Positions 1 to 9,126 of a stretch of 64,000 bases of DNA are shown here, piece after piece. The notes beneath the pieces are model-generated. The model saw nothing but the letters and a program-made list of their open reading frames with translations. It made no database searches and was not told where the DNA came from. Position numbers and translations under genes: made by a program. The stretch's first letter is position 1; each line of letters opens with the position of its first letter. The DNA is from Candidatus Cloacimonadales bacterium (GTDB lineage Bacteria; Cloacimonadota; Cloacimonadia; Cloacimonadales; DAONDQ01): assembly GCA_963662275.1 (NCBI GenBank), contig OY759316.1:2112001-2176000 (forward strand), read 5' to 3'.

Positions 1-132
1 TGAAATCACTAAATGCCGTTTACGTGATTATATTCACGTAATATGCCATTTATTACAAGTTTATATTCTTGTAATCGGCAGATATTCCTTGCCAGCTTTT
101 GTTAAACCGCTTTTATCGGTTCAGGAGTAATC

Positions 133-1254
133 ATGATAAAAAGATACATTCTTAGTGACATTATCAATATGTCTTTTAAGCATAAGGCGATTATTATCCA
201 TGGACCTCGTCAGAGTGGAAAGACCACTCTATTAAAGCAATTAGTGACAGAGTTCAATACGACAACCACCTACCTCAATTGTGACGATGCCAGGGACCTC
301 CTGTTTTTCGAAAGCCAATCCACAACAGCACTCAAAGCAAACCTAGGTAATTCGAAACTTCTCATCATTGATGAAGCGCAAAGGATAAGCAATATTGGAA
401 TATCGATTAAACTTATGGTCGATAATTTACCTGATGTCCAGATCATAGCTTCAGGTTCATCCTCTTTTGAATTGTCAAATTCAATCAAAGAACCTCTTAC
501 AGGAAGAAAATTTGAATATAATCTCTTTCCCATCTCCTTTGCTGAAATGGCTGATTACACCAGCCTTTGGGAAGAACAGAAATTCTTAGACCATAGATTA
601 GTATATGGAATGTATCCGGAAATCTTAACAAGTCACGGGACAGAGGAAAGATTATTAACTAGCTTGGCTGGCAGTTATTTATTCAAAGATATTTTTACAT
701 TCCAAGACTTAAGAAAGCCTGAACTATTAGATAAGTTGATTAGGGCACTTGCCTTGCAAATAGGTAACGAAGTCTCATATACAGAACTGGCACAGCTTAC
801 CGGTTCTGACCATAATACTGTTCAAAGGTACATCCAGCTTTTAGAGAATGCATATATCATATTCAGACTACCTAATTATAGCAGTAATTTGAGAAATGAG
901 ATCAAACGAAGTCGCAAGATATACTTTTTTGATAATGGTATTCGAAATGCACTACTTAACGATTTCAGATCCCTTGAATTACGTGATGATATAGGCAAAC
1001 TCTGGGAAAATTACTGCGTCTCTGAAAGAAGGAAACACTTATCGAACAATCTCCTATCTCGCAACAGCTATTTCTGGCGTAATACAAACCAAAGTGAAAT
1101 TGACTATATCGAAATCTATGAGAATAAAATCAATGCATACGAGTTTAAATGGAATCCAAAAGCTAAAATTAGGATTTCAGCTTTCCAAAAAGTCTATCCG
1201 CAGGCTGAAATTGATCTTATTACACCCAATAATTACAGTAAATTTCTGACATAA
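133..1254 (+). CDS. AAA_14 family ATPase with C-terminal DUF4143-type domain
   Basis: Walker A GPRQSGKTT, Walker B IIDEAQ, SGSS motif, C-terminal 'KIYFFDNG...LWEN...YFWR...EIDYI...YEFKW'; SD aggag upstream. Confidence 0.85.
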   Translation: MIKRYILSDIINMSFKHKAIIIHGPRQSGKTTLLKQLVTEFNTTTTYLNCDDARDLLFFESQSTTALKANLGNSKLLIIDEAQRISNIGISIKLMVDNLPDVQIIASGSSSFELSNSIKEPLTGRKFEYNLFPISFAEMADYTSLWEEQKFLDHRLVYGMYPEILTSHGTEERLLTSLAGSYLFKDIFTFQDLRKPELLDKLIRALALQIGNEVSYTELAQLTGSDHNTVQRYIQLLENAYIIFRLPNYSSNLRNEIKRSRKIYFFDNGIRNALLNDFRSLELRDDIGKLWENYCVSERRKHLSNNLLSRNSYFWRNTNQSEIDYIEIYENKINAYEFKWNPKAKIRISAFQKVYPQAEIDLITPNNYSKFLT

Positions 1255-1260
1255 CATTGG

Positions 1261-1358
1261 CATATGAGCACTACGGTACCAATACGGTAGCAATACGGTA
1301 GCATTACGGTAAAAAACCGTATTTGTACCGTAATGGTAAAGCAATGGAACAATAGCTC
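1261..1358 (+). repeat. Dispersed ~98-bp fold-back element with 11-bp periodic units (family A), copy 1
   Basis: Tandem (C/A)ATACGGTA(G/C)-like units followed by inverted ACCGTA units; near-identical reverse-complement copy at 28682-28780. Confidence 0.85.
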
Positions 1359-1406
1359 GTATAGGAGGAGTACATGTGGTTTAGGGATTACCAGCTAATC
1401 TATCAA

Positions 1407-1432
1407 GTGGAGTAGGATTCCAATCCTACTGA
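1407..1432 (+). repeat. REP-like hairpin GTGGAGTAGGAT-N-ATCCTACTGA
   Basis: Perfect stem agtaggat/atcctact; same family as the reverse complement of the 32-bp tandem units at 40011-40163. Confidence 0.7.
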
Positions 1433-1550
1433 AAAACTGACTGGCTGAATTAGATGATTCAATACTACCTCCTAAAGTAGGCGCTACAAGCAGGCGCTAC
1501 ATAGATTGACATTCTCTAATGATGTATAAAGATGAATTCACGAGGTAACA

Positions 1551-2258
1551 ATGGCAACATCCTGGACAACGAGACAAGGTACGGTAATAACACAGCTATT
1601 GAACAAAAGGTGTAATGTGTTTTTGGTATCCTGTGGAGATAAACATTTATTAGTCGATTCCAGCAGGAAGCCTGAACGTGAACTCCTGGTGCAGGGATTG
1701 AAAGCACTTGGCATTGATCATTTAGAGTTCCTTATCCTGACCCATACCCATTTTGACCATACAGAGAATGCTGCGTTTATCCAGAGAAATTATGGAGCAA
1801 AAGTAATCGTGCATGAGAAAGAAGCTGCTTTACTGGGAGCCGGCTATACACCAATTCCACCCGGGACAGTGCTCTTTACGAAATTCATTACTACTTTCAT
1901 TGCTCCCTTCCTGAAGAAGAAATTTGTCTATGAACCCTGTCAGGCTGATGTATTGGTTAAAGATGAGCTGGATCTATCTGATTACGGATTTACTGCGAGG
2001 ATAATTCATACTCCCGGTCATACGAAAGGTTCCATGAGCCTGATTATTGATAATGAGATCGCTTTGGTCGGTGATGCCATGTTTGGCATTCTACCGAATA
2101 AGATTTTTCCTCCCTATGGAGAAGATGTTCCTGGGATTATCAAGAGCTGGGAAAAACTGCTAGCCACCAGTTGTTATCTCTTTATTTCTTCTCACGGTAC
2201 GGAAAATACACGGGCATTGGTGCAGGATGGCTATGGGAAAGAAAAGGCTAGAGACTAA
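1551..2258 (+). CDS. MBL-fold metallo-hydrolase
   Basis: THTHFDH (HxHxDH) motif, HTPGHT, GD, and a terminal H in SSHG. Confidence 0.9.
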   Translation: MATSWTTRQGTVITQLLNKRCNVFLVSCGDKHLLVDSSRKPERELLVQGLKALGIDHLEFLILTHTHFDHTENAAFIQRNYGAKVIVHEKEAALLGAGYTPIPPGTVLFTKFITTFIAPFLKKKFVYEPCQADVLVKDELDLSDYGFTARIIHTPGHTKGSMSLIIDNEIALVGDAMFGILPNKIFPPYGEDVPGIIKSWEKLLATSCYLFISSHGTENTRALVQDGYGKEKARD

Positions 2259-2504
2259 TGGAAATAGGAAGAATTAAGAATTGCAGAGTAGATAAATAGC
2301 ACTAGCTATTTATTTAATGTTCCAGCATACTCACTTCCGGAATATTCATCGGTAACCCAGCTTAAATTTTGTAAAAGAAACTTCTCCTTCTAATTTGTGA
2401 CTTATGGTGAAATCATAATACTAAACAAAATCTTGACTATAATGATTAATAATTATTATTAAAATTCATCAGTAAATTTTATCGCTATACTAATTCATGA
2501 TATT

Positions 2505-3833
2505 TTGAAGAAGATAATTATGGAGTTAACAGATATGATTACTAGAGCAATGATTGATTTTTTTGGATTAGCAGGAGCTATTATTTCAATTATTACAGCG
2601 ATTGTATTAGTAACACTTTTTTTCGCAAAAATTCAAGCTAAAATTACGGAAAGTAAGCTAAAAGATGATAATGACAAATTGCAGCTCAAAATAGCAGAAA
2701 TAAATTCACGATTATCAGTATCAAATGATTTATTATCAGAAGCAAAGAAAGTAGGAACTCCAATTCTTTTATTAAAACTTGAATTAGACAAGACCCTTTC
2801 AATAGCAAAATCTTTTCTTTCTGCAACAGCAGCTTCTATTTTGGTAAAAAACCCTAGATCTGTAAGAGAGGAACTAATTTTTTTAGCAGTTGATTCTCCT
2901 AATGCTTTCAGTTTAATCAAACAGAGAATTCCTTGTGGAGAATCTGATAAAGGAATTGCTGCAACAGTTTTTAAAACTGGAAGAGCATATACTTCAGTTG
3001 ATACAAATGTAGATAAAATATTTAATCCTTCTATTGATAAACGCGTAGATTTCAAAACAGAAAATATACTTGCATTACCTCTAAAGATCGAAGGAAAAAC
3101 TATTGGAGTGATTGAATTTTTAAATAAGATGTCAGGTTCCTTTAATGAAGATGATTTGCGAAGAGCTAATAATTTGCTTAAATCTCTTTCTAATGAAGTT
3201 AATAGCTTTATAGAAAAACCTGAAAATTTTGAAATTTTGGGTATTGCTTCTGAAAAGGGATTAGCAAAAGGAACTGTTTTAATTATTGATTTATCTAACT
3301 CTTCTTCTCTATTAGAATTATATCCTGTACCTTTAGCTGTCGATCTGTTGAATGAATATATGGATGTTCTCGGAGAAGAGGGAACTAAATATGGAGCAAC
3401 AATTGATAAATTCACAGGGGATGGTTTCATTTTGCTTTTCAATGTACCAAAACCATTGAATAATTTCGAATTCAATGCAATAAAAACTGCATGTGATTTG
3501 CAAACAAAATTCATAGAAATGAAGAATAGGTGGGTTGATAGCGGTGTACCTGCCAAAGCCATATATCAGCGTATCAGTATTTCTACAGGTGACTTGGCAG
3601 AAGTTATAATTGGTCCTTATCAACACAAAGAGCAAACGGTACTAGGTATGCCTATGATGATAGCAAGCAATTTGTCATTGATTTCTATTCGAACAGATAA
3701 TTTGATTGTGATAGATAATGAAACTAATGAAGCAGTCAAAGAACTAATAAGTTCAACTGAGTTTTCAATACCAAAGAATTCAAAGTCCCATAAATTAACA
3801 CCTAAAGCATTTGAAGTATTGGAGATTAATTAA
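2505..3833 (+). CDS. Membrane-anchored GAF domain plus class III adenylate/guanylate cyclase-like protein (start may be ATG 2520 or 2535)
   Basis: N-terminal hydrophobic helix; GAF motifs 'GIAATV', 'D..VDFKTENILALPL...IGVIEFLNK..GSFNEDD'; cyclase motifs IIDLSNS and DKFTGDG. Confidence 0.8.
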   Translation: MKKIIMELTDMITRAMIDFFGLAGAIISIITAIVLVTLFFAKIQAKITESKLKDDNDKLQLKIAEINSRLSVSNDLLSEAKKVGTPILLLKLELDKTLSIAKSFLSATAASILVKNPRSVREELIFLAVDSPNAFSLIKQRIPCGESDKGIAATVFKTGRAYTSVDTNVDKIFNPSIDKRVDFKTENILALPLKIEGKTIGVIEFLNKMSGSFNEDDLRRANNLLKSLSNEVNSFIEKPENFEILGIASEKGLAKGTVLIIDLSNSSSLLELYPVPLAVDLLNEYMDVLGEEGTKYGATIDKFTGDGFILLFNVPKPLNNFEFNAIKTACDLQTKFIEMKNRWVDSGVPAKAIYQRISISTGDLAEVIIGPYQHKEQTVLGMPMMIASNLSLISIRTDNLIVIDNETNEAVKELISSTEFSIPKNSKSHKLTPKAFEVLEIN

Positions 3834-4116
3834 TTTTTAAGGAAATTCTGATGTTCTCTCTTTTATGCACCTATTGATGAAATGATTGGTACATCTCAAA
3901 CCATTAGCAGAGACAATAGAAACTAGCTATCAGTTTTGGTTTAACATAACTTTTGTACTTTCTTGCTAGTTAAAACATTTATAAATAATATTCTTAGTCT
4001 AGAGGAAAATGCATAGCCGTTTGAAAACAGCGTTCAATATAATTTTCCTTGACCAATCAGGAGGATTCCAAAGGTTTGAATTTAATCACATTAAGAAATT
4101 ATGCAAGGAGTTATAA

Positions 4117-4281
4117 ATGGGAAAGAATCATCGTGGAAAAGGCATTGTCATGTTACCCGCACACGGCAGAGGTGTATGCCCCATATGCCATCGTACGGGA
4201 ATCAAATTACTGTTTGATATAAAGCAAGAAGACAAGACCATAAAAGTTTGCAAGGTATGTAATAAGATCTCTGCACGCTAA
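4117..4281 (+). CDS. Small basic zinc-ribbon protein, 54 aa (absent from the ORF track)
   Basis: MGKNHRGKGIVMLPAHGRGVCPICHRTGIKLLFDIKQEDKTIKVCKVCNKISAR; two CxxC pairs; SD aaggag at 4105-4110; TTGAC at 4049; its own terminator. Confidence 0.8.
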   Translation: MGKNHRGKGIVMLPAHGRGVCPICHRTGIKLLFDIKQEDKTIKVCKVCNKISAR

Positions 4282-4301
4282 TCATATTGCCTAAAGTTTT
4301 T

Positions 4302-4342
4302 AAACCTGATCCTGTTTGTGATGAATAGATCAGGTTTTTTTT
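4302..4342 (+). terminator. Intrinsic terminator
   Basis: Stem aaacctgatc/gatcaggttt followed by a T tract, just after the small ORF. Confidence 0.7.
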
Positions 4343-4517
4343 ATTTTATGTATGATCGGCATTATCTTTACAAGGAACCGTCTGAAGACAGCGCTACAAT
4401 AGGAATCACGCTCTACAGTTTTTTATTTACAAAAAGAAACATAAAATACATTAGGATTTAACTGGAATAAATTATAATATAAGTACATACAGTCTTAACA
4501 TCAAAAAAGAGCGAATT

Positions 4518-5681
4518 ATGTTGAAAGATAAGAAAGTACTTCTCGGTGTCACAGGTGGAATTGCTGCTTATAAAGCAATCGACCTGGCAAGTCATCTCAC
4601 GAAAGCCGGTGCCATTGTCAGAACGATCATGACTGATCATGCCAGTGAATTTGTGACTCCTATCAATTTTGCTGCCATCACGCACCAACCTGTTTACTGG
4701 AATCAATGGGATGTAGCAGAACCTATAGCTCATATCACATGCGCAGATTGGGCAGATATCGTTGTGATTGCTCCTGCGACAGCAAATATCATTGCCAAGG
4801 CTGCACATGGTATAGCAGACGATCTTCTATCTTCCACAATACTGGCAGTGACCTCTCCCCTATTATTTATACCAGCTATGAATATACATATGTTTGCAAA
4901 TCCTATTACCCAGGACAATATTCAAAGCCTGGCAAAGCGCGGTATTTTCTGTCTTGAACCTGATAAGGGCAGTCTTGCCTGCGGATATGAAGGGAAAGGA
5001 CGTTTTCCTGATACTAAGGAAATCATGTATGCAATAGATACCTATATGGAACACAGCAAAGATCTTCTGCATAAGAAGATTCTCATCACTGCCGGTGGTT
5101 CTGTGGAAAATATAGATCCCATGCGTGCCATTACAAATATGTCATCCGGTAAAATGGGTCTGGCATTGGCACGTGCAGCCTGGTTACGTGGGGCTGAGGT
5201 GACATTTATTCATAGTTCCATCTCAGAAAAAATACCCTACTACCTGGAACCAATTTGCGCCATGTCAGCAGACGAAATGTATAAAGCTGTTCATTCACAA
5301 GCTGATTTCCAGGATATCATTATCATGGCAGCAGCGGTTGCTGATTACACCATTCTAAAACCTGAATCGCAAAAGATCAAGAAAACTGGTGAGTTGAATA
5401 TTTCGCTTGTGAGGACAAAAGACATTTTAGAAGATTTAGGGAAAATACGGAAAAAGCATCTGAAACTAGTCGGTTTTGCAGCAGAAACTAAAGATCTGGA
5501 AAAGTATGCCCGTGAGAAATTAGTTAAGAAGCATCTTGATATGATTGTAGCTAACTACTTAAATGTTAGCGGGAAAGAGGACACGGAGGTTATCATTTTA
5601 TCCTCCAAGACGAACAAAACATTTAATGGCAGTAAGTTTCAAATAGCCCATAACATATTGGACCAGATCATCCATGAATAA
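4518..5681 (+). CDS. coaBC: Bifunctional phosphopantothenoylcysteine decarboxylase / phosphopantothenate-cysteine ligase
   Basis: GVTGGIAAYK, APATAN, PAMN, LACG, ITAG..E.IDPMR.ITN.SSGKMG, AAVADY, VGFAAET motifs. Confidence 0.95.
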   Translation: MLKDKKVLLGVTGGIAAYKAIDLASHLTKAGAIVRTIMTDHASEFVTPINFAAITHQPVYWNQWDVAEPIAHITCADWADIVVIAPATANIIAKAAHGIADDLLSSTILAVTSPLLFIPAMNIHMFANPITQDNIQSLAKRGIFCLEPDKGSLACGYEGKGRFPDTKEIMYAIDTYMEHSKDLLHKKILITAGGSVENIDPMRAITNMSSGKMGLALARAAWLRGAEVTFIHSSISEKIPYYLEPICAMSADEMYKAVHSQADFQDIIIMAAAVADYTILKPESQKIKKTGELNISLVRTKDILEDLGKIRKKHLKLVGFAAETKDLEKYAREKLVKKHLDMIVANYLNVSGKEDTEVIILSSKTNKTFNGSKFQIAHNILDQIIHE

Positions 5682-6423
5682 GCATGTAGTTTTGATCACT
5701 GGAGCAAATAGCAATATTGGTTCAAAGCTTGCAGAAAGCTTCCTGGAAGATGGTTTTTCTGTTCTACTGCTTGTGCATAAAAACCAGGAAAAGATTCAGC
5801 ATTTAAAAAAGCATGTAAATAAAGTATTCATTACTGCCTGTGACCTTTCAAATTGGGAAGAAACAAATGCTGCCGTTCAGCAACTCATCATAGAATCAGA
5901 GTTGAAACCTTATGCGTTAATCCATACTGCAACGGTCAGGAGTAACGATTCATTATCGCTGGTGGAATCTGAATCCTTGAAATGGACTGATGTTCTGCAG
6001 ACGAATGTTGTTTCAGCGTACCATATTTTAAAAGCGGTTCTTCCCTATATGGTAGAACAACATGAGGGAAGAATTGTTTTATTCGGATCGGATGTCAGTC
6101 GCAGCGGATTGGCATACGGTACGGCATATAGTGCTTCCAAATCAGCGATTGCGAATTTAAGTAAAAGCCTGGCTTTGGAACTTGCTGATTCAGGAGTCCT
6201 GGTCAATACATTATCTCCTGGACCAGTACTGACAGATGATAGGCAATTCGACTTAGAATATCGAGAATTCAGAAGAGATTACTTCCAGAAGCAGCTCTCA
6301 AAGATTCCATTAAATCGGTATGTGAATATCTCGGATATTTATCACTTGTGTAAGTTCTTAGTTTCGGAATATAATTCATACTTAACAGGGGATGAAATAT
6401 TCCTGACCGGAGGAAAATCGTAA
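5674..6423 (+). CDS. SDR family NAD(P)-dependent oxidoreductase
   Basis: TGANSNIG Rossmann motif, YSASK catalytic motif, VNTLSPGPV. Confidence 0.9.
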   Translation: MNKHVVLITGANSNIGSKLAESFLEDGFSVLLLVHKNQEKIQHLKKHVNKVFITACDLSNWEETNAAVQQLIIESELKPYALIHTATVRSNDSLSLVESESLKWTDVLQTNVVSAYHILKAVLPYMVEQHEGRIVLFGSDVSRSGLAYGTAYSASKSAIANLSKSLALELADSGVLVNTLSPGPVLTDDRQFDLEYREFRRDYFQKQLSKIPLNRYVNISDIYHLCKFLVSEYNSYLTGDEIFLTGGKS

Positions 6424-7184
6424 TGATGAGATCTTTAGTACTATTATTCATACTTTGCTTTGCTTTGTTTGCAACATCAGGATATGCTTTTATGTCAGGT
6501 GAAAAACTAACCTTTGTTGTCAGTTTTGGCAGCATTAAAGCAGCCGAAGCTACCATAGAAGTCAATGATATGCTTTACATGCGGAAGACACCTGCTTATC
6601 AGATAACTTCAACTGCCAGGACATATCCATTCTTTGATAACTTCTTCAAAGTTCGAGATTCTATAGAATCCATTTGGGATAAGGAAGACCAGGTATCGCT
6701 GCAATTCACCAAGAATTTAAATGAAGGTAAATATAGGCAGTATCGTATCATAAACTATAATCCTGCTAAGAATACCGCTGTTTACAGGAGATGGCAGTTT
6801 AAGGAAAATCTTTTCAAAGATAAGGAGATCTCTATTTTCCCAAAAACACAGGATATCTTCGCTGCTTTTTATCTAACCCGCATGCAGGATCTGCAAGTTG
6901 GTAAGGATTTCTATATCAAATGCTGTACGGAAGGTAAGAACTATACAACCTGCGTAGTCGTACATCGTATTGAAAAAATCAATACGATCTTTGGTCAGAT
7001 TGAGTGTCTAGTCATCGAGCCAAAACTTGCTGGGGAAGCAATCTTCAAACAGACAGGTCAAATTTACATTTGGGTAACAAATGATGCCTATAAAATTCCT
7101 GTTCAAATGGAAAGCAAGATATCCGTAGGCAAATTCAAAGCAAAATTAAGCGAAGCAGTGAATGTCCCTTACAAACAAAAGTAG
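6423..7184 (+). CDS. Secreted DUF3108-like protein
   Basis: Signal peptide; 'GEKLTF', 'FFKVRD', 'IWVTND.YKIPV' pattern typical of this family. Confidence 0.7.
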   Translation: MMRSLVLLFILCFALFATSGYAFMSGEKLTFVVSFGSIKAAEATIEVNDMLYMRKTPAYQITSTARTYPFFDNFFKVRDSIESIWDKEDQVSLQFTKNLNEGKYRQYRIINYNPAKNTAVYRRWQFKENLFKDKEISIFPKTQDIFAAFYLTRMQDLQVGKDFYIKCCTEGKNYTTCVVVHRIEKINTIFGQIECLVIEPKLAGEAIFKQTGQIYIWVTNDAYKIPVQMESKISVGKFKAKLSEAVNVPYKQK

Positions 7185-8193
7185 CTATTATTACGATCTT
7201 CCTCCTGAATTGATAGCCCAGTATCCTCTTACAAGCAGATCTGAATCACGATTGATGTATTTAGATAGAAAAACTGGTGAAGTTAATCACAAATCATTTA
7301 CACAGATCATCCAATTCTTTCAACCAGGCGATGTTTTGGTATTGAATTGTACTAAAGTTATCCCGGCAAGACTTATCGGTCATAAACCCAATGGCGGTAA
7401 AGCAGAAGTTTTTCTTCTTCATCAAATCAAAGATAATACCTGGAAAGCCCTGGTAAGACCTGGAAGACGTTGTCACATTGGAACGGAATTAGTATTCACA
7501 GATGGACTAACCGGTACAATTGTAGGTTATGAAGAAGAACAGACACGTATCATTGAATTCAGTTGGGAAGGAGATTTCTGGCAGGTATTGGAACATGCTG
7601 GTCAGGTTCCGCTACCCCCCTATATCCATCATATACCTGATGCTTTCGATAAAGAGCATTACCAGACAGTCTATGCCAAGGAAAAAGGTTCCGTTGCCGC
7701 TCCAACTGCAGGCTTACATTTTACACAGGAAATTCTTGATCTGTTAACAGAGAAGGGAGTTATTATCCAGGAAGTAATTCTTCATGTAGGTTTGGGTACA
7801 TTTCGCCCCGTCAAAACAGAGAATATACTCGAACATAAGATGCATAAGGAATACTGTCAGATACTACCGGAAACTGCAGCAATAATAAATCAAGCAAAAC
7901 GGGAAAAGCATCGGCTTATCGCAGTTGGAACCACCAGTGCCAGGACGCTTGAAAGTTTTACCAAAGACGGAGTATTGCAATCCGGAGAGCATTGGACAGA
8001 TCTCTTTATGTATCCTGGTAAATCATTTCAACTCATTGATGGATTAATCACCAATTTTCATATGCCGGAATCAACGCTGATGATGCTTGTGTCCGCATTA
8101 GCCGGTTACGAACATATTATGAACGCATATCAGATCGCTGTTCGGGAAAAGTATCGCTTTTTCAGTTATGGTGATGCCATGATTATCATTTAG
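7162..8193 (+). CDS. queA: S-adenosylmethionine:tRNA ribosyltransferase-isomerase
   Basis: YDLPPELIAQYP, VPLPPYI, YQTVYA, GSVAAPTAGLHF, LHVGLGTF, AVGTT, TNFH.P.STL, YRFFSYGDAM. Confidence 0.97.
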   Translation: MSLTNKSSYYYDLPPELIAQYPLTSRSESRLMYLDRKTGEVNHKSFTQIIQFFQPGDVLVLNCTKVIPARLIGHKPNGGKAEVFLLHQIKDNTWKALVRPGRRCHIGTELVFTDGLTGTIVGYEEEQTRIIEFSWEGDFWQVLEHAGQVPLPPYIHHIPDAFDKEHYQTVYAKEKGSVAAPTAGLHFTQEILDLLTEKGVIIQEVILHVGLGTFRPVKTENILEHKMHKEYCQILPETAAIINQAKREKHRLIAVGTTSARTLESFTKDGVLQSGEHWTDLFMYPGKSFQLIDGLITNFHMPESTLMMLVSALAGYEHIMNAYQIAVREKYRFFSYGDAMIII

Positions 8194-8207
8194 GAGTTAA
8201 GCAAATA

Positions 8208-8960
8208 ATGAAAGATTTCTCTCATCCACTTTTCGATGATTATTTCTGGTATCCGAAACTTGCAAGTACTTCAAATCAAGCTTTAAAACTGATTCAAGAT
8301 AGAAGTGTACACGGTCATTTCCTAGTAGTTGCGGATGTTCAGACAAATGGACGAGGTAGAAAAGGGGCTACCTGGTTTTCTCCTGGAGGTGGAATCTGGC
8401 TGACTACTGCTTTTTATGATCTACCGGAACAAAGTACTCTGACAATTCTAATCGGGAATTGCATCCACCAGGCATTAGTGGAAGTATTCCCTGAAATAGC
8501 TGATGATCTTTTACTGAAATGGCCTAATGATGTTATGCTGAGCGGTTTGAAGATCGCCGGTATACTGACGGAGCAGTTCCCTGCTTTGAATTATACATTA
8601 GTTGGTATTGGCATTGATAGCAATGTGCAAAACATTCCAAGCGAAATAGCAGTAATTTCTACCTCTCTTTCCATCTTTACTGGGAAAGAGGTGGATAATG
8701 TACAGATTCTAACTAAAGTATTTGAGACATTAGCCAGAAATTTACCCGGATATCTGGAGAATGGTATTAACGATAGCGTGAAATACCATAATCGGTTTTC
8801 TTTCTTGCGTGACAAACAGATTGAAATAATGACAGACTTTGGCAGCTATAGTGGATTTTGCCGGGGATTAAATCGGGAAGGAGCTATCATTCTGGAAATG
8901 GATTCCGGTTTAAGGCAGCCATTTTTTAGTGGGAGCATCAATATTCATTCAGCAGATTAA
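8208..8960 (+). CDS. birA: Biotin--[acetyl-CoA carboxylase] ligase lacking the N-terminal HTH
   Basis: QT.GRGR.G..W.SP, KWPND and KIAGIL.E motifs. Confidence 0.9.
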   Translation: MKDFSHPLFDDYFWYPKLASTSNQALKLIQDRSVHGHFLVVADVQTNGRGRKGATWFSPGGGIWLTTAFYDLPEQSTLTILIGNCIHQALVEVFPEIADDLLLKWPNDVMLSGLKIAGILTEQFPALNYTLVGIGIDSNVQNIPSEIAVISTSLSIFTGKEVDNVQILTKVFETLARNLPGYLENGINDSVKYHNRFSFLRDKQIEIMTDFGSYSGFCRGLNREGAIILEMDSGLRQPFFSGSINIHSAD

Positions 8961-9126
8961 CGAAATTCACCTGATTTTTAAGTTAGCGCAAGGAATAAAT
9001 TGACGTTTTTTTATCCTAAACAATTATATCTCGTTGACAATGAATTTCCACCCAATATTTGTGGTTTTACATGGAAATAGCGGTTATGAATAGTAAGTAT
9101 AGATCAAAAGATAAAAAACTGGAGGA

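Noticed and set aside
2633..3562. 309-aa antisense ORF and the other short antisense or nested ORFs in the track
   Set aside because: They are shadows of well-supported genes on the opposite strand or frame, with no RBS or motifs of their own.
2505..3833. Pycsar or CBASS defence system
   Set aside because: The TM-GAF architecture is signalling-like, and no intact effector ORF follows the gene.
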